Source: an uncultured bacterium
GTDB lineage: Bacteria; Patescibacteriota; Minisyncoccia; Phycocordibacterales; Phycocordibacteraceae
Direction of reading: 5' to 3'
DNA: 64,000 bases
Assembly: GCA_963759775.1 (NCBI GenBank)
Contig: CAVXAH010000001.1
Coordinates: 336,682-400,681 of the forward strand
Shown here piece after piece: positions 7,451-16,919 of the stretch. A model generated the notes under the pieces. That model had not been told where the DNA came from and did not search any database. It worked only from the letters and a program-made list of their open reading frames with translations. The position numbers and the translations under genes were made by a program. Within the stretch, counting starts at the first letter, position 1. Each line of letters starts with the position of its first letter.

Positions 7451-9841
7451 TCATAGTGGTTTCATGTCGCCCCAGTTTGGGCCCATTTTCATTTCTCCCG
7501 TAATAGGGACGCCGTTTGTTTCGGAGGCAGGGACGACTGATTCCATAATACTTTTAATACGTGCCGCGAGCTCAATGTGACGTTCAGTTTTTACTTCGTA
7601 AACCAATTCATCGTGCACCGACAGAAGAAGGTGCGCATCTTTTTCCGCTTTTTGTGCACGGAGCATCTCGTCTACACGAACCATTGCGAGCTTAATGACA
7701 TCTGCGGAAGTCCCTTGAATAGGCGCGTTGATAGCCATGCGTTCCGCTTGAGCACGCACATACGGAAGTGCGGATTTCATTTCTGGAAATTGCCGGCGGC
7801 GACCAAAAAGTGTCTCCGTGTACCCGTTTTTTCTTGCAAAACCCTTGGTGCGCTCCAAATACTCCGCAAGCTCTTTAAACTGACCGAAATATTCTTCGTA
7901 AAATGCGTGGGCTTCTGCGGTTGTGGTGCCAAGCTGTGCGCGTAGCGAGTTAACACCCATACCATAGAGAATGCCGAAGTTAATCACTTTTGCTTTGCGG
8001 CGCATTTCGCTGTCAACTTTTTCTGGCGCCACATGAAACACGTGTGCGGCAACCTCGCGGTGGACATCCCTTCCGTTTCTGAAAATATCGCAAAGCTTTT
8101 CGTCTCCTGAAAGAATGGCGGCAATGCGAAGTTCTATTTGGGAGTAGTCGAGTGCAAGAAGAACGGACCCCTTAGGCGCGACAAAGGCGTGACGGATAGC
8201 GCGTCCTCGTTCCGATTGGATCGGGATGTTCTGCAAATTCGGATTTTGAGAAGCCATGCGCCCGGTCGTGGTGCCCGTTTGGAGAAACTCCGCATGAAGA
8301 CGCTTATCTCCACCCAGAAGCGGCGGAATATTTTCTATGTATGTTCCAAGGAGTTTTCGTATTTCACGAAATTCAAGAATATCGCTCACGATCGGGTTTT
8401 GGTCGCGAATTTTTTCAAGCTCACTCTCGCGGGTTGACCGGTCACCGCCCGCCGTTTTCTTCTGACGTTCGGGCTTGAGCTGGAGTTCATCAAAAAGAAC
8501 TGTGCCGAGCTGTTTTGGCGAACTGACATTAAATTCGTGTCCTGCCTGTTTGTAGATACGCGCCTCAATAGCCCCAATCTCTTTTTGGTAACGCTCCTTT
8601 AGGGTGCTGAAGATGTCGGTATCAATTAACACTCCGTGTTCCTGCATCGCTTGTGCGACGGGAATCAGGGGTTTCTCTATTTTCTCGTACACCTCCTCCA
8701 CGCGACCAAGTTCCGAAAGTTTCTTTTGGAGTACTGCGTACGCGTCTTCAAACTTTTCTTTTTTCGTAAAAGCGAGCACGTCTTCTCGTGAAGGGTTCGT
8801 AAATTCCGAAGAAATGAGCCAGAGCATCACTTTCGCTTCCGCGAGGCGCGTGGGATCAATAATTTCCTCGGCCTCCGGAACGAAGGCCTCCTCACCTTCC
8901 TCTTCTTTTGCCCCAAATGCCGCTTTTGCTCGCTCTTTAAGTGAGCGAAACCCGAGCGCATCAAAGAGCGCGATCACTTTTTTAATGTCAGTGCCGTCCG
9001 GCCAGGAATTTTTCGCGAGCACAAAGGCAATCGGTGCATCAAGTCGTATCGTGGCAATTGATTTTGAAAGGCGCGCGTCTTCCTCGTGTTCTTTGAGGAG
9101 TCCTATCATGCGTGCCTTGATGCCTTTCTTAAGAAACATTTCCTCGTTTTTCTTGAGGACCTTATACATCTCTTCAATCGTGCCGAATTTCGTAATGAGT
9201 TCGGTCGCCGTTTTTTCGCCGATACCGGGAACACCTTTTATGTTGTCCGAGGGGTCACCGCGTAGCCCCTTCCAGTCCGGAATGAGCTCGGGGGGAAAGC
9301 CGTAGCGTGCGAGAACAGCCTTTGCGTCATAGAGAATCGTGTCGTTGATACCTTTTTTAAGCGTGTAGACCTTGACCCGATCGTCATCAACAAGCTGGAG
9401 AGTGTCCATGTCGCCTGAAGCAATAATGACCTCAACATCCTTGTGCTCTTTCATCTCATGCGCGATGGTGCCAAGAAGGTCGTCCGCTTCAAAACCTTCG
9501 CGCTCGTAGAGAGGAATATTGAATGCCTCAAACACTTTTCTTGAAGACTGGAGTTGGGTGACAAGGGCGTCATCTATTTTCACGCGTGTACCTTTGTATC
9601 CTTCGTACGCGGCATGTCGAATCGTTGGCTTTGGAAGGTCGTAACACGCCGCAATAAAATTTGGCTTCAAGTCCACGATGATTTTAAGCAGCATGGAAAC
9701 GAGTCCGTAGAGGGCACCTGTTGGCTCACCTGTGGGAGACGTGAAGTCCGGAAGCGCGTGGTATGCGCGATGAATTATTGCGTGCGAGTCAAGGAGCACC
9801 AGGCGAGTTTTTGGTTTTGAGTTTTTAGTTTTGAGTGACAT
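7451..9841 (-). CDS. polA: DNA polymerase I (5'-3' exonuclease + polymerase domains)
   Basis: N-terminal 5'-nuclease pattern (LLDSHAIIHRAYHAL, GVPGIGEKTA), polymerase motifs DYSQIELRIAA, RRKAKVINFGILYG, SVHDELV. Confidence 0.9.
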   Translation of the reverse strand: MSLKTKNSKPKTRLVLLDSHAIIHRAYHALPDFTSPTGEPTGALYGLVSMLLKIIVDLKPNFIAACYDLPKPTIRHAAYEGYKGTRVKIDDALVTQLQSSRKVFEAFNIPLYEREGFEADDLLGTIAHEMKEHKDVEVIIASGDMDTLQLVDDDRVKVYTLKKGINDTILYDAKAVLARYGFPPELIPDWKGLRGDPSDNIKGVPGIGEKTATELITKFGTIEEMYKVLKKNEEMFLKKGIKARMIGLLKEHEEDARLSKSIATIRLDAPIAFVLAKNSWPDGTDIKKVIALFDALGFRSLKERAKAAFGAKEEEGEEAFVPEAEEIIDPTRLAEAKVMLWLISSEFTNPSREDVLAFTKKEKFEDAYAVLQKKLSELGRVEEVYEKIEKPLIPVAQAMQEHGVLIDTDIFSTLKERYQKEIGAIEARIYKQAGHEFNVSSPKQLGTVLFDELQLKPERQKKTAGGDRSTRESELEKIRDQNPIVSDILEFREIRKLLGTYIENIPPLLGGDKRLHAEFLQTGTTTGRMASQNPNLQNIPIQSERGRAIRHAFVAPKGSVLLALDYSQIELRIAAILSGDEKLCDIFRNGRDVHREVAAHVFHVAPEKVDSEMRRKAKVINFGILYGMGVNSLRAQLGTTTAEAHAFYEEYFGQFKELAEYLERTKGFARKNGYTETLFGRRRQFPEMKSALPYVRAQAERMAINAPIQGTSADVIKLAMVRVDEMLRAQKAEKDAHLLLSVHDELVYEVKTERHIELAARIKSIMESVVPASETNGVPITGEMKMGPNWGDMKPL

Positions 9842-10271
9842 ATGTGAGTTTCCGAGAATTATCAGAAAGGGGTTGTATAGAAATTTTCACCGCGGGTGGA
9901 GGAAGGGCACCTTCGACGCGTTCGGGCCACTCAAGAAATATGAGATTCCCTGTATCTTTCATGCTCTCCTCAAAGGCGAGCGGTGCTAGGTCTTTTCCGG
10001 ATTCAAGCCGATATGCGTCAATGTGAACAAGTCGTCGGAAGAAACCTGTTTGTGGGAGTCCGTATATTTTCTCAAGTACGAAGGTGGGGCTCGTCACGGT
10101 GTCTTCCACTCCAAGCGCCAAAGCTGCCGCTTTGGTAAACGCCGTCTTTCCCGCCCCAAGTTCTCCAGCGAGCGTGACGAGTGTTGCGCCTGAAGCTCGC
10201 GAGCGAAGAGAACGCACAAACGCTTGCGCCTCCGCCTCAAACTCTTTGAGTGTGTGGAGGGTTTTTTCCAT
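9825..10271 (-). CDS. tsaE: tRNA t6A biosynthesis ATPase TsaE
   Basis: GELGAGKTAFTKA P-loop followed by SPTFVL, about 150 aa. Confidence 0.85.
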   Translation of the reverse strand: MEKTLHTLKEFEAEAQAFVRSLRSRASGATLVTLAGELGAGKTAFTKAAALALGVEDTVTSPTFVLEKIYGLPQTGFFRRLVHIDAYRLESGKDLAPLAFEESMKDTGNLIFLEWPERVEGALPPPAVKISIQPLSDNSRKLTYVTQN

Positions 10272-10327
10272 TAGGCTGTATTGTACTCCGAGCGTGTCCT
10301 GACCGCGAAGTGCTATTATTTCTTCAC

Positions 10328-12001
10328 ATGGATTCGCCCTTTGATACCGCGCGTGAGGACAGCCAGCTTTCCGAAATGCGTGAGCGTGAAGAAGAAGACG
10401 TTACGCGGATTTTGTCGGAGAAATACGGCCTTTCCTATGCCGACCTTGGAATGGTTGCGATTGATAACGAGGCACTTCGAACCATCCCCGAGCAAGATGC
10501 GCGTGAAGCAGAGGTTGTTGCATTTGGCCGAATCGCAAAACATCTCTCTCTTGCGGTTAGAAACCCAAACAATCCTGCGCTCTCAAGTGTTCTTGAAGCG
10601 CTCCAAAAGCGCGGTTTTCTCATAAAACAATTCTTGGTTTCAAAACGCAGTCTTGAAAAAGCGTTTGCGCGCTACAGCGACCTTTCGTTTGCGACCGAGA
10701 CAAAAGCGGGCGTGCTGGAGTTCGCTCCTGCCGCTATCGCAGAGCTCGCGAAAACGACCTCCTCGCTTGCGGCCATGCGCAAAGCACTTGAAGCGGCCGC
10801 GGCTTTAAAATCGCTTGATAGGGTGTCGCGCGTTCTTGAAGCAATTTTTGCAGGAGCATTCGCCCTCAAAGCATCCGATATACACTTTGAGCCCGAAGAA
10901 AGGAGCGTCCGCCTCCGCATTCGTTTGGATGGCCTTCTGACTGATGTGTTCTCTTTTGACCCCACACTCCATCACCAAATTAATTCGCGACTCAAGCTTT
11001 TATCGGGAGCGAAGTTGAACATAACAAACCGCGCACAAGACGGCCGCTTCAGCATCAATAAGGGTGATGTTGAGATTGATGTGCGCGCCTCATTCATTCC
11101 GGGGTCAAATGGCGAGGCTCTCGTGTTTCGCCTTCTTGATCCCGCCTCAATACAGGTATCAATTAAAGAGCTCGGCATCCATCCAAAACTCCTCGCGCGG
11201 CTTGAGACAGAAATCCGCCACTCAAACGGCATGTTGCTCACGACAGGCCCAACCGGAAGCGGCAAAACAACAACTCTCTACTCTTTCCTTCGCGAAATCC
11301 ATACGCCGGATATAAAAATTATTACGATTGAAGACCCGGTTGAATACCATTTGGACGGCATTGTGCAAACGCAAGTTGATGCAAAAAAATACACCTTTGC
11401 CGACGGGCTTCGCTCCATCGTGCGCCAAGACCCAGATGTGATCATGGTCGGTGAAATTCGCGATGGAGACACTGCCGGCATCGCTATTGAAGCCGCACTC
11501 ACCGGCCACTTTGTTTTCTCAACACTTCACACCAACAATGCGGCCGGCACCTTTCCCCGCCTTGCTGACCTTGGTGCTGACCCCAAATCATTTGGTTCCG
11601 CGATTACGGTCTCCATGGCGCAACGTCTCATTCGAAAACTGCATCCGGAAAAACGAAAGTCACGTAAGCTTACGGACGCGGAGAAACGAATGGTTGAGCG
11701 CGTACTCTCACCCGTTGCTGACAAAAGTCTTATCCCCGACAACCGCGACACAGTATGGGACCCTGCGCCAGAAAGTGAAGAGGAAACTGGATACAAAGGA
11801 CGAATTGGGCTTTACGAAGCTATTTTTATGGACGACGAGCTCGCCGCCTTTCTTCGTGGGAATCCTTCTGAGAATGAAATTGCCGCAAGGGTGGTGAAGC
11901 AGGGCTATCTCACGATGGCGCAAGACGGCATCATAAAAGCGCTCACCGGAGTAACTTCTCTTGAGGAGGTGGCGCGCATGGTTGATTTGCCCCGAGTGTA
12001 G
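10328..12001 (+). CDS. pilB: Type II/IV secretion ATPase, PilB/GspE family (copy 1)
   Basis: Walker A GPTGSGKTTT, Asp box, Walker B VIMVGEIRD, His box TGHFVFSTLHTN; ATG 10328 (TGcTATTAT box 8 nt upstream) preferred over 10250. Confidence 0.85.
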   Translation: MDSPFDTAREDSQLSEMREREEEDVTRILSEKYGLSYADLGMVAIDNEALRTIPEQDAREAEVVAFGRIAKHLSLAVRNPNNPALSSVLEALQKRGFLIKQFLVSKRSLEKAFARYSDLSFATETKAGVLEFAPAAIAELAKTTSSLAAMRKALEAAAALKSLDRVSRVLEAIFAGAFALKASDIHFEPEERSVRLRIRLDGLLTDVFSFDPTLHHQINSRLKLLSGAKLNITNRAQDGRFSINKGDVEIDVRASFIPGSNGEALVFRLLDPASIQVSIKELGIHPKLLARLETEIRHSNGMLLTTGPTGSGKTTTLYSFLREIHTPDIKIITIEDPVEYHLDGIVQTQVDAKKYTFADGLRSIVRQDPDVIMVGEIRDGDTAGIAIEAALTGHFVFSTLHTNNAAGTFPRLADLGADPKSFGSAITVSMAQRLIRKLHPEKRKSRKLTDAEKRMVERVLSPVADKSLIPDNRDTVWDPAPESEEETGYKGRIGLYEAIFMDDELAAFLRGNPSENEIAARVVKQGYLTMAQDGIIKALTGVTSLEEVARMVDLPRV

Positions 12002-12008
12002 GGTCACT

Positions 12009-12042
12009 AAAAACAGCCCCGACATACGTCGGGGCTGTTTTT
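12009..12042 (+). terminator. Intrinsic terminator after pilB copy 1
   Basis: CAGCCCCGAC ... GTCGGGGCTG 10-bp stem followed by TTTTT. Confidence 0.7.
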
Positions 12043-12133
12043 ACTACCAAGCGAGTCCGAGGCAACAAAAATCTTCTTTTGTTTTTGTGAGGTGAGCGCC
12101 GGGAGAAAGCTTACTTAAATATGGTTCATCGTA

Positions 12134-12280
12134 CGCATGCTCCTCTAGACGGTCCTCGCAATAAAGAGAGGGTGAACGAAACACCTGAGGAAAGTTCCAG
12201 CACTCCACACCGGAGTGTGGCACCAGAAAAACCTTGGGGAGGCGCCCGAAGCCGTCAAGCCTTGCCTAGAGGAGTATGCG
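12134..12280 (+). ncRNA. Candidate structured RNA closed by a 15-bp stem, contains RNase P CR-I-like motif
   Basis: CGCATGCTCCTCTAG (12134-12148) pairs with CTAGAGGAGTATGCG (12266-12280, one G-U); internal hairpin CCACAC-CGGA-GTGTGG; GAGGAAAGTTCC at 12187-12198; TAAATA box at 12116-12121. Confidence 0.35.
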
Positions 12281-12340
12281 CGCGATGAAAAAGAAAAACC
12301 CGTCTGCGGGTGTGCTACAATGCTAGCATAGCTGTATTTT

Positions 12341-13378
12341 ATGTCAAGTCCCTCCAAGCCCACACTGAAGACTTCCGAGGCGGCGGAGCCGTCTATCACG
12401 GAGGTTGTGGGTGGTGCGCTCTCACTTGATTCCGCACTTCGGCCCTCTTCCTGGGACGACTATGTCGGCCAAGGGCAGGTGAAGGCGAATGTTCGTGTCG
12501 TGCTTGATGCCGCCAAGAAGCGCGGCGACATGCCCGAGCATCTTCTTTTTTATGGACCACCAGGTGTTGGAAAAACCACGCTCGCCCACCTCATCGCAGA
12601 GGCGCTTGGCGCACCACTCAAGAGCACTTCGGGTGTTGCAATAGAGCGCGCAGCGGACCTCGCCGCCATTTTGACCAATCTTGAACCAGGGACGGTACTT
12701 TTTATTGATGAAATTCACCAGCTCTCGCCAAAAATAGAAGAGCTCCTCTACCCCGCACTTGAATCAGGCACTTTAGATATTGTGCTTGGTAAGGGTCCCT
12801 CGGCGCGCACGGTGGAACTCTCTCTTCCCTCTTTCACGCTCGTTGGAGCGACGACGCGTGTCGCGCGTCTCTCCGCTCCGCTTCGCTCTCGCTTCGGTGG
12901 CGGCGTGTACCAGCTGGATTTTTACGAGGATGGAGATATTAAACAAATTATTAAGCGCTCCGCGCGCGTGCTTGGTCTTGATGCGCCTTCCGAAGTGGTT
13001 GAAAAGGTTGCGTCCCGTAGCCGTGCCACGCCGCGCGTTGCAAACGCGCTCTTGAAGCGGGTTCGCGATTATGGGCAGGTGCATGAGAAAAAACTTTCGG
13101 GCCCCCTGTGCGATGAGGCGTGCGAATTGTTTGGCATCGATGCGTTTGGTCTTACGAAAGACGATCGCCGCTACCTTGAAACGCTTGAGATGAGCTTCCG
13201 TGGCGGACCCGCCGGCGTGCGAGCCCTTGCGGCCGCTATTCACGAAGACCCTGACACGATGGAGCATGTATACGAGCCGTATCTCCTTCGCCTCGGCTTC
13301 ATTGAGCGCTCCTCTCGCGGCCGCATCTTGACCTCAAAAGGTCGTGCGTATTTAAAGGGGGCTGTAGGAGTATTTTGA
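12341..13378 (+). CDS. ruvB: Holliday junction helicase RuvB
   Basis: AAA+ motifs LLFYGPPGVGKTTLA, VLFIDEIH, sensor and winged-helix C-terminus typical of RuvB. Confidence 0.95.
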   Translation: MSSPSKPTLKTSEAAEPSITEVVGGALSLDSALRPSSWDDYVGQGQVKANVRVVLDAAKKRGDMPEHLLFYGPPGVGKTTLAHLIAEALGAPLKSTSGVAIERAADLAAILTNLEPGTVLFIDEIHQLSPKIEELLYPALESGTLDIVLGKGPSARTVELSLPSFTLVGATTRVARLSAPLRSRFGGGVYQLDFYEDGDIKQIIKRSARVLGLDAPSEVVEKVASRSRATPRVANALLKRVRDYGQVHEKKLSGPLCDEACELFGIDAFGLTKDDRRYLETLEMSFRGGPAGVRALAAAIHEDPDTMEHVYEPYLLRLGFIERSSRGRILTSKGRAYLKGAVGVF

Positions 13379-13388
13379 TTTCACACGC

Positions 13389-13946
13389 ATGGCCGGGCAT
13401 TCAAAATGGGCACAAATTAAGAGACAGAAAGCAGTAACCGACGGCGTAAGGTCGCGTGTATTTTCCCGTTTTGCGCGTCTTATTGCCCTTGAGGCGAAGA
13501 AGGCTGCGGGGAATCTCTCGGCCCCAAATCTCTCAGCAGTTATCGCGCGCGCGAAAGCGGCAAATATGCCGAAAGACAATATTGAACGCGCCATAGCAAA
13601 AGGAACTTCCAAAGACGCGGGTGCTCTAGAACAGGTGGCGTACGAAGCATATGGACCTGGTGGAGCGGCTATTATCATTGACGCTTTGACCGACAGCAAA
13701 AACCGTACGACGCAGGAAATAAAACATCTGCTTTCCGAAAACGGCCTCGAGCTTGGGGCTCCAGGAGCTGCAAGCTGGGCATTTAAAAAATCACCTGATG
13801 GCTCGTATGTTCCAAATGAGCCGCTCGTTGAGGTTGGGGGCGAAGACGAGGCTCGGCTCGGTGAGGTTCTTTCAATTCTCGACGAACACGAGGATGTGCA
13901 AACGGTGTATACGAACGCAAAAGGATATGAGAATACTCGCGATTGA
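13389..13946 (+). CDS. yebC: YebC/PmpR family regulator (short form, 185 aa)
   Basis: MAGHSKWAQIKRQKA N-terminus and EDVQTVYTN C-terminal motif. Confidence 0.8.
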   Translation: MAGHSKWAQIKRQKAVTDGVRSRVFSRFARLIALEAKKAAGNLSAPNLSAVIARAKAANMPKDNIERAIAKGTSKDAGALEQVAYEAYGPGGAAIIIDALTDSKNRTTQEIKHLLSENGLELGAPGAASWAFKKSPDGSYVPNEPLVEVGGEDEARLGEVLSILDEHEDVQTVYTNAKGYENTRD

Positions 13947-14406
13947 TCCCGGCTTTGACCGCCTCGGCATTGCGGTCATTGAGGGCGACCCTTCGCGGCC
14001 GACACATGTGTGGAGCGCGTGCATAGAACCGCCCAAGGGGGCGCGTGAAGTGCGCCTTGCGCATGTATTTTCCGAAATTGAAAAAGCCCTCGCCACCTAC
14101 AAACCGAACATTCTTGCGCTTGAAACTCTTTTTTTTAGTACCAATAAGAAAACGGCAATCGGGGTTGCCGAGGCGCGCGGGGCAATCCTTGCCGCGGCAG
14201 GAAAAGCCAAAATTCCGGTCGCGGAGTATTCCCCTCAGCAGGTGAAGCTTGCGGTGACTGGCTACGGCGCAGCGGACAAAAAAGCGATGGCACAGATGAT
14301 TCCCAAACTTCTCTTGCTTCCCCCAAAACCTCGCCGGCGTGATGATGAACTTGATGCAATAGCGCTTGGTATTGCCGCCCTCGCGTCCCGTATTTCCTTT
14401 ACATAA
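13927..14406 (+). CDS. ruvC: Crossover junction endodeoxyribonuclease RuvC
   Basis: MRILAIDPGFDRLGIAVIE start (catalytic Asp), ...DELDAIALGIA C-terminal motif; overlaps yebC end by 20 nt; longer ORF from 13753 rejected. Confidence 0.85.
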   Translation: MRILAIDPGFDRLGIAVIEGDPSRPTHVWSACIEPPKGAREVRLAHVFSEIEKALATYKPNILALETLFFSTNKKTAIGVAEARGAILAAAGKAKIPVAEYSPQQVKLAVTGYGAADKKAMAQMIPKLLLLPPKPRRRDDELDAIALGIAALASRISFT

Positions 14407-14516
14407 TCTCCACTGTCCACAGACTGCGAGCGGAGGGCTTGCATAAAATGCGGATTTTGTTCAAATAGAGTCGTTCACTGATTATTCAAACTCTTTATAG
14501 TACAAATCCATTGGAT

Positions 14517-14636
14517 ATGGACTGGCACAAAGAACGAGACGAGGAAGAAAAGGACGGGGCTCTCGCAGAGATGAGCGGGGATCCTGAGGAAGAAGAGGAT
14601 GAAGTCGAGATAGGAGAGGAAGAAGAGGAGAATTAG
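14517..14636 (+). CDS. Possible tiny acidic protein (39 aa)
   Basis: ATG-to-TAG ORF MDWHKERDEEEKDG...EEEEEN, below the ORF-track cutoff; no SD; followed by a 15-bp hairpin. Confidence 0.2.
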   Translation: MDWHKERDEEEKDGALAEMSGDPEEEEDEVEIGEEEEEN

Positions 14637-14706
14637 CTCTCTTCTTACATCGCTCGCACGGGCGCGAAGGTCTTAAAACCTTCGCGCCCGTGTTAGCATT
14701 CCCGTC

Positions 14707-16911
14707 ATGCCCATGATGCGCTCCGTAAAAGCTTTTCTCAAAAAAACCCGTCGATGGGCCTTAGGTAGGCGCCCGCACGTAAAGCACGACGTGCTATTTG
14801 CCTTTATGGCACTCGCAGGCCTCGGGTTTCTGATTGTGGGAGGAGTGCTTCTTGCGGTTGCCTTTGCCCCAACCCCCGCCATTGAAACCTTTGCCTCGCG
14901 TGAAATACAACAGTCCACCAAGATTTATGATCGCACCGGCCAAGTTCTTCTCTATGACTACAATCGAGACGCACGCCGTGAGGTGGTTCCTCTTGCGCAC
15001 ATTTCGGAGCAGGCGATTAATGCAACGATTGCGATTGAGGACTCTAGTTTTTATAAGCATGGGGGTATTCGCATCACCTCAATCATTCGCGCAATGCTCG
15101 CCGACGTCCTTGGGGGCTCACTCTCCCAGGGCGGCTCAACCATTACGCAACAGGTGGTTAAAAACACCCTGCTGACGAACCGGAAAAGTGTCATCCGTAA
15201 GATCCAGGAGTGGGTGCTCGCGATGAAGCTTGAGCAGGTGTATACCAAAAACCAAATTCTTGAGGCCTATTTGAACACCGTACCGTATGGAGGAACCCTC
15301 TACGGCATAGAAGCCGCAAGCGAAGTGTATTTCCGAGTTTCCGCAAAAGATCTCTCCACCGCCCAGTCGGCATATTTGGCGGCGATGCTTCCTGCGCCAA
15401 CATACTATTCACCGTACGGCTCTCACCGAGACAGGCTTGAGGAGCGAAAAAATGTGGTCTTGCAGCGAATGAAAGAGCTTGGCTTCCTAACTTCAGAAGA
15501 GTACGGAGCGGCAGCAAAAGAAGAGGTTACGTTTGCACCAGGAACACAAAATACTATTGTTGCACCGCACTTTGTTTTCTATATTCTCAACTATCTGGAA
15601 GAAAAGTATGGAATCTCCGCGCTCACGACTGGTATTAAGGTGACCACGACGCTTGATGTTGAGCTTGAGACGGAGGCGGAGAAGATTGTAAGCGAGTATG
15701 CGCTAGAGAATGTGAAGAAATTTAAAGCTTCAAACGCATCTCTCGTCGCCCTTGACCCTTCGTCGGGCCAAATCCTTGCTATGGTGGGCTCGCGCGACTT
15801 TTTCGATACCGAGATTGATGGGCAGTACAACGCCACCCTTGCGCTTCGGCAACCAGGCTCAACCATGAAGCCATTTGTGTACGCCCACGCCCTACTCAAT
15901 GGATATACTCGCAATACGGTTATCTTTGACGCGCCGACCCAATTTTCAACTGCTTGCAGGCCAGACGAAGTCACCAACAACAAGTCTCCTTGCTACGCCC
16001 CACAAAACTACGACGAGGCGTTCCGTGGACCAATGACATTTGAGACTGCGCTTGCGCAGTCCATCAACATCCCCGCAATCAAGGTTCTGTATTTGGTCGG
16101 CGTCCAAAACGCCATAAATCTTGCGAAGGCTTTTGGTCTTACCACCCTTGGGGATCCAAACCAGTACGGGCTCACTTTGGTGCTTGGAGGTGGCGAGGTG
16201 CGTCTCTTGGATATGGTGAGTGCCTACGGCACATTTGGAAACAGTGGGGTGCGAAATGCGCCGACCGGCATACTTGAGGTGGTGGGTGGTGACGGGACAG
16301 TGCTTGAGGAATTCTCTCCGCAGTCCTCTTTTGTCCTTCCCGAGCGTATCGCGAATGATGTGAATGCGATGCTTTCTGACAACCCGGCGCGTGTCCCGTC
16401 ATACTCCCTCAATTCCCCACTCTTCTTTCCTGGGTACGACGTTGCCGCAAAAACGGGTACCACAAACGATACGCGCGATGCGTGGGTTATGGGCTACACC
16501 CCTTCAATTGCCGTTGGTGTGTGGGTAGGAAACAACGACAACTCGGTTATGGTGAAGTCCACCTCAGGTTTTATTGCCGCCCCTATGTGGAACAAGGTGA
16601 TGTCTTATGCGCTTTCAAAATACCCAAAGCGGTATTTCGGCGAGCCAAGCCCTATCTCTTCTTCACTCCCCCCTCTGCTTCGCGGAAATTGGATGGTGCC
16701 AGATGGAGATGGGGCGGTTGTTCCCCACAGCCTTCTGTATTGGACCAATAAAAAAGACCCTCGGGGCGCCCCTCCAGGAAATCCATCAGACGATTCGCAG
16801 TATTCGTACTGGGAATACGGTATACAGTCGTGGTACTACTCTCGTCCTGGACTCTTTGCTGAAAACCCACCCCTCTTTGCTCCGTTGTCGTTCGGTCAAA
16901 CCGAGCGCTAG
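14707..16911 (+). CDS. Class A penicillin-binding protein (PBP1A-type transglycosylase/transpeptidase)
   Basis: GT51 motifs IAIEDSSFYKHGG, GGSTITQQ; transpeptidase STMKP, SxN region, KTGTT; N-terminal TM. Confidence 0.9.
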   Translation: MPMMRSVKAFLKKTRRWALGRRPHVKHDVLFAFMALAGLGFLIVGGVLLAVAFAPTPAIETFASREIQQSTKIYDRTGQVLLYDYNRDARREVVPLAHISEQAINATIAIEDSSFYKHGGIRITSIIRAMLADVLGGSLSQGGSTITQQVVKNTLLTNRKSVIRKIQEWVLAMKLEQVYTKNQILEAYLNTVPYGGTLYGIEAASEVYFRVSAKDLSTAQSAYLAAMLPAPTYYSPYGSHRDRLEERKNVVLQRMKELGFLTSEEYGAAAKEEVTFAPGTQNTIVAPHFVFYILNYLEEKYGISALTTGIKVTTTLDVELETEAEKIVSEYALENVKKFKASNASLVALDPSSGQILAMVGSRDFFDTEIDGQYNATLALRQPGSTMKPFVYAHALLNGYTRNTVIFDAPTQFSTACRPDEVTNNKSPCYAPQNYDEAFRGPMTFETALAQSINIPAIKVLYLVGVQNAINLAKAFGLTTLGDPNQYGLTLVLGGGEVRLLDMVSAYGTFGNSGVRNAPTGILEVVGGDGTVLEEFSPQSSFVLPERIANDVNAMLSDNPARVPSYSLNSPLFFPGYDVAAKTGTTNDTRDAWVMGYTPSIAVGVWVGNNDNSVMVKSTSGFIAAPMWNKVMSYALSKYPKRYFGEPSPISSSLPPLLRGNWMVPDGDGAVVPHSLLYWTNKKDPRGAPPGNPSDDSQYSYWEYGIQSWYYSRPGLFAENPPLFAPLSFGQTER

Positions 16912-16919
16912 CTAGTCTT

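Noticed and set aside
8604-9305. Long antisense ORFs inside well-supported genes. Examples are 8604-9305 in polA, 50209-50940 in recJ, 41837-42475 in pilB2, 28510-29058 in the xer-like gene, 61581-62102 in comM and 60472-61146.
   Set aside because: They overlap strongly motif-supported genes on the opposite strand. They also have Ser/Arg/Ala-rich shadow-frame composition typical of antisense ORFs in GC-balanced coding DNA.
10250-10327. Extended N-termini offered by the ORF track for pilB1 (10250), pilB2 (41202), tpiA (46979), the sod-like gene (54893), ruvC (13753), yraN (32374) and hup (36256).
   Set aside because: The conserved protein N-termini begin at internal ATGs that are preceded by -10 boxes or an SD. 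The extensions overlap terminators, neighbouring genes or palindromes.
12134-12280. Calling this element, 2305-2455 or 41150-41190 an SRP (4.5S) RNA, or calling 12134-12280 a bona fide RNase P RNA.
   Set aside because: None has the SRP helix-8 pattern (GNRA tetraloop followed by GGAAGCAGC with the symmetric loop). The RNase P-like element is less than half the normal length, and I could not form P4 or find CR-II to CR-IV. They are kept only as unclassified candidates.
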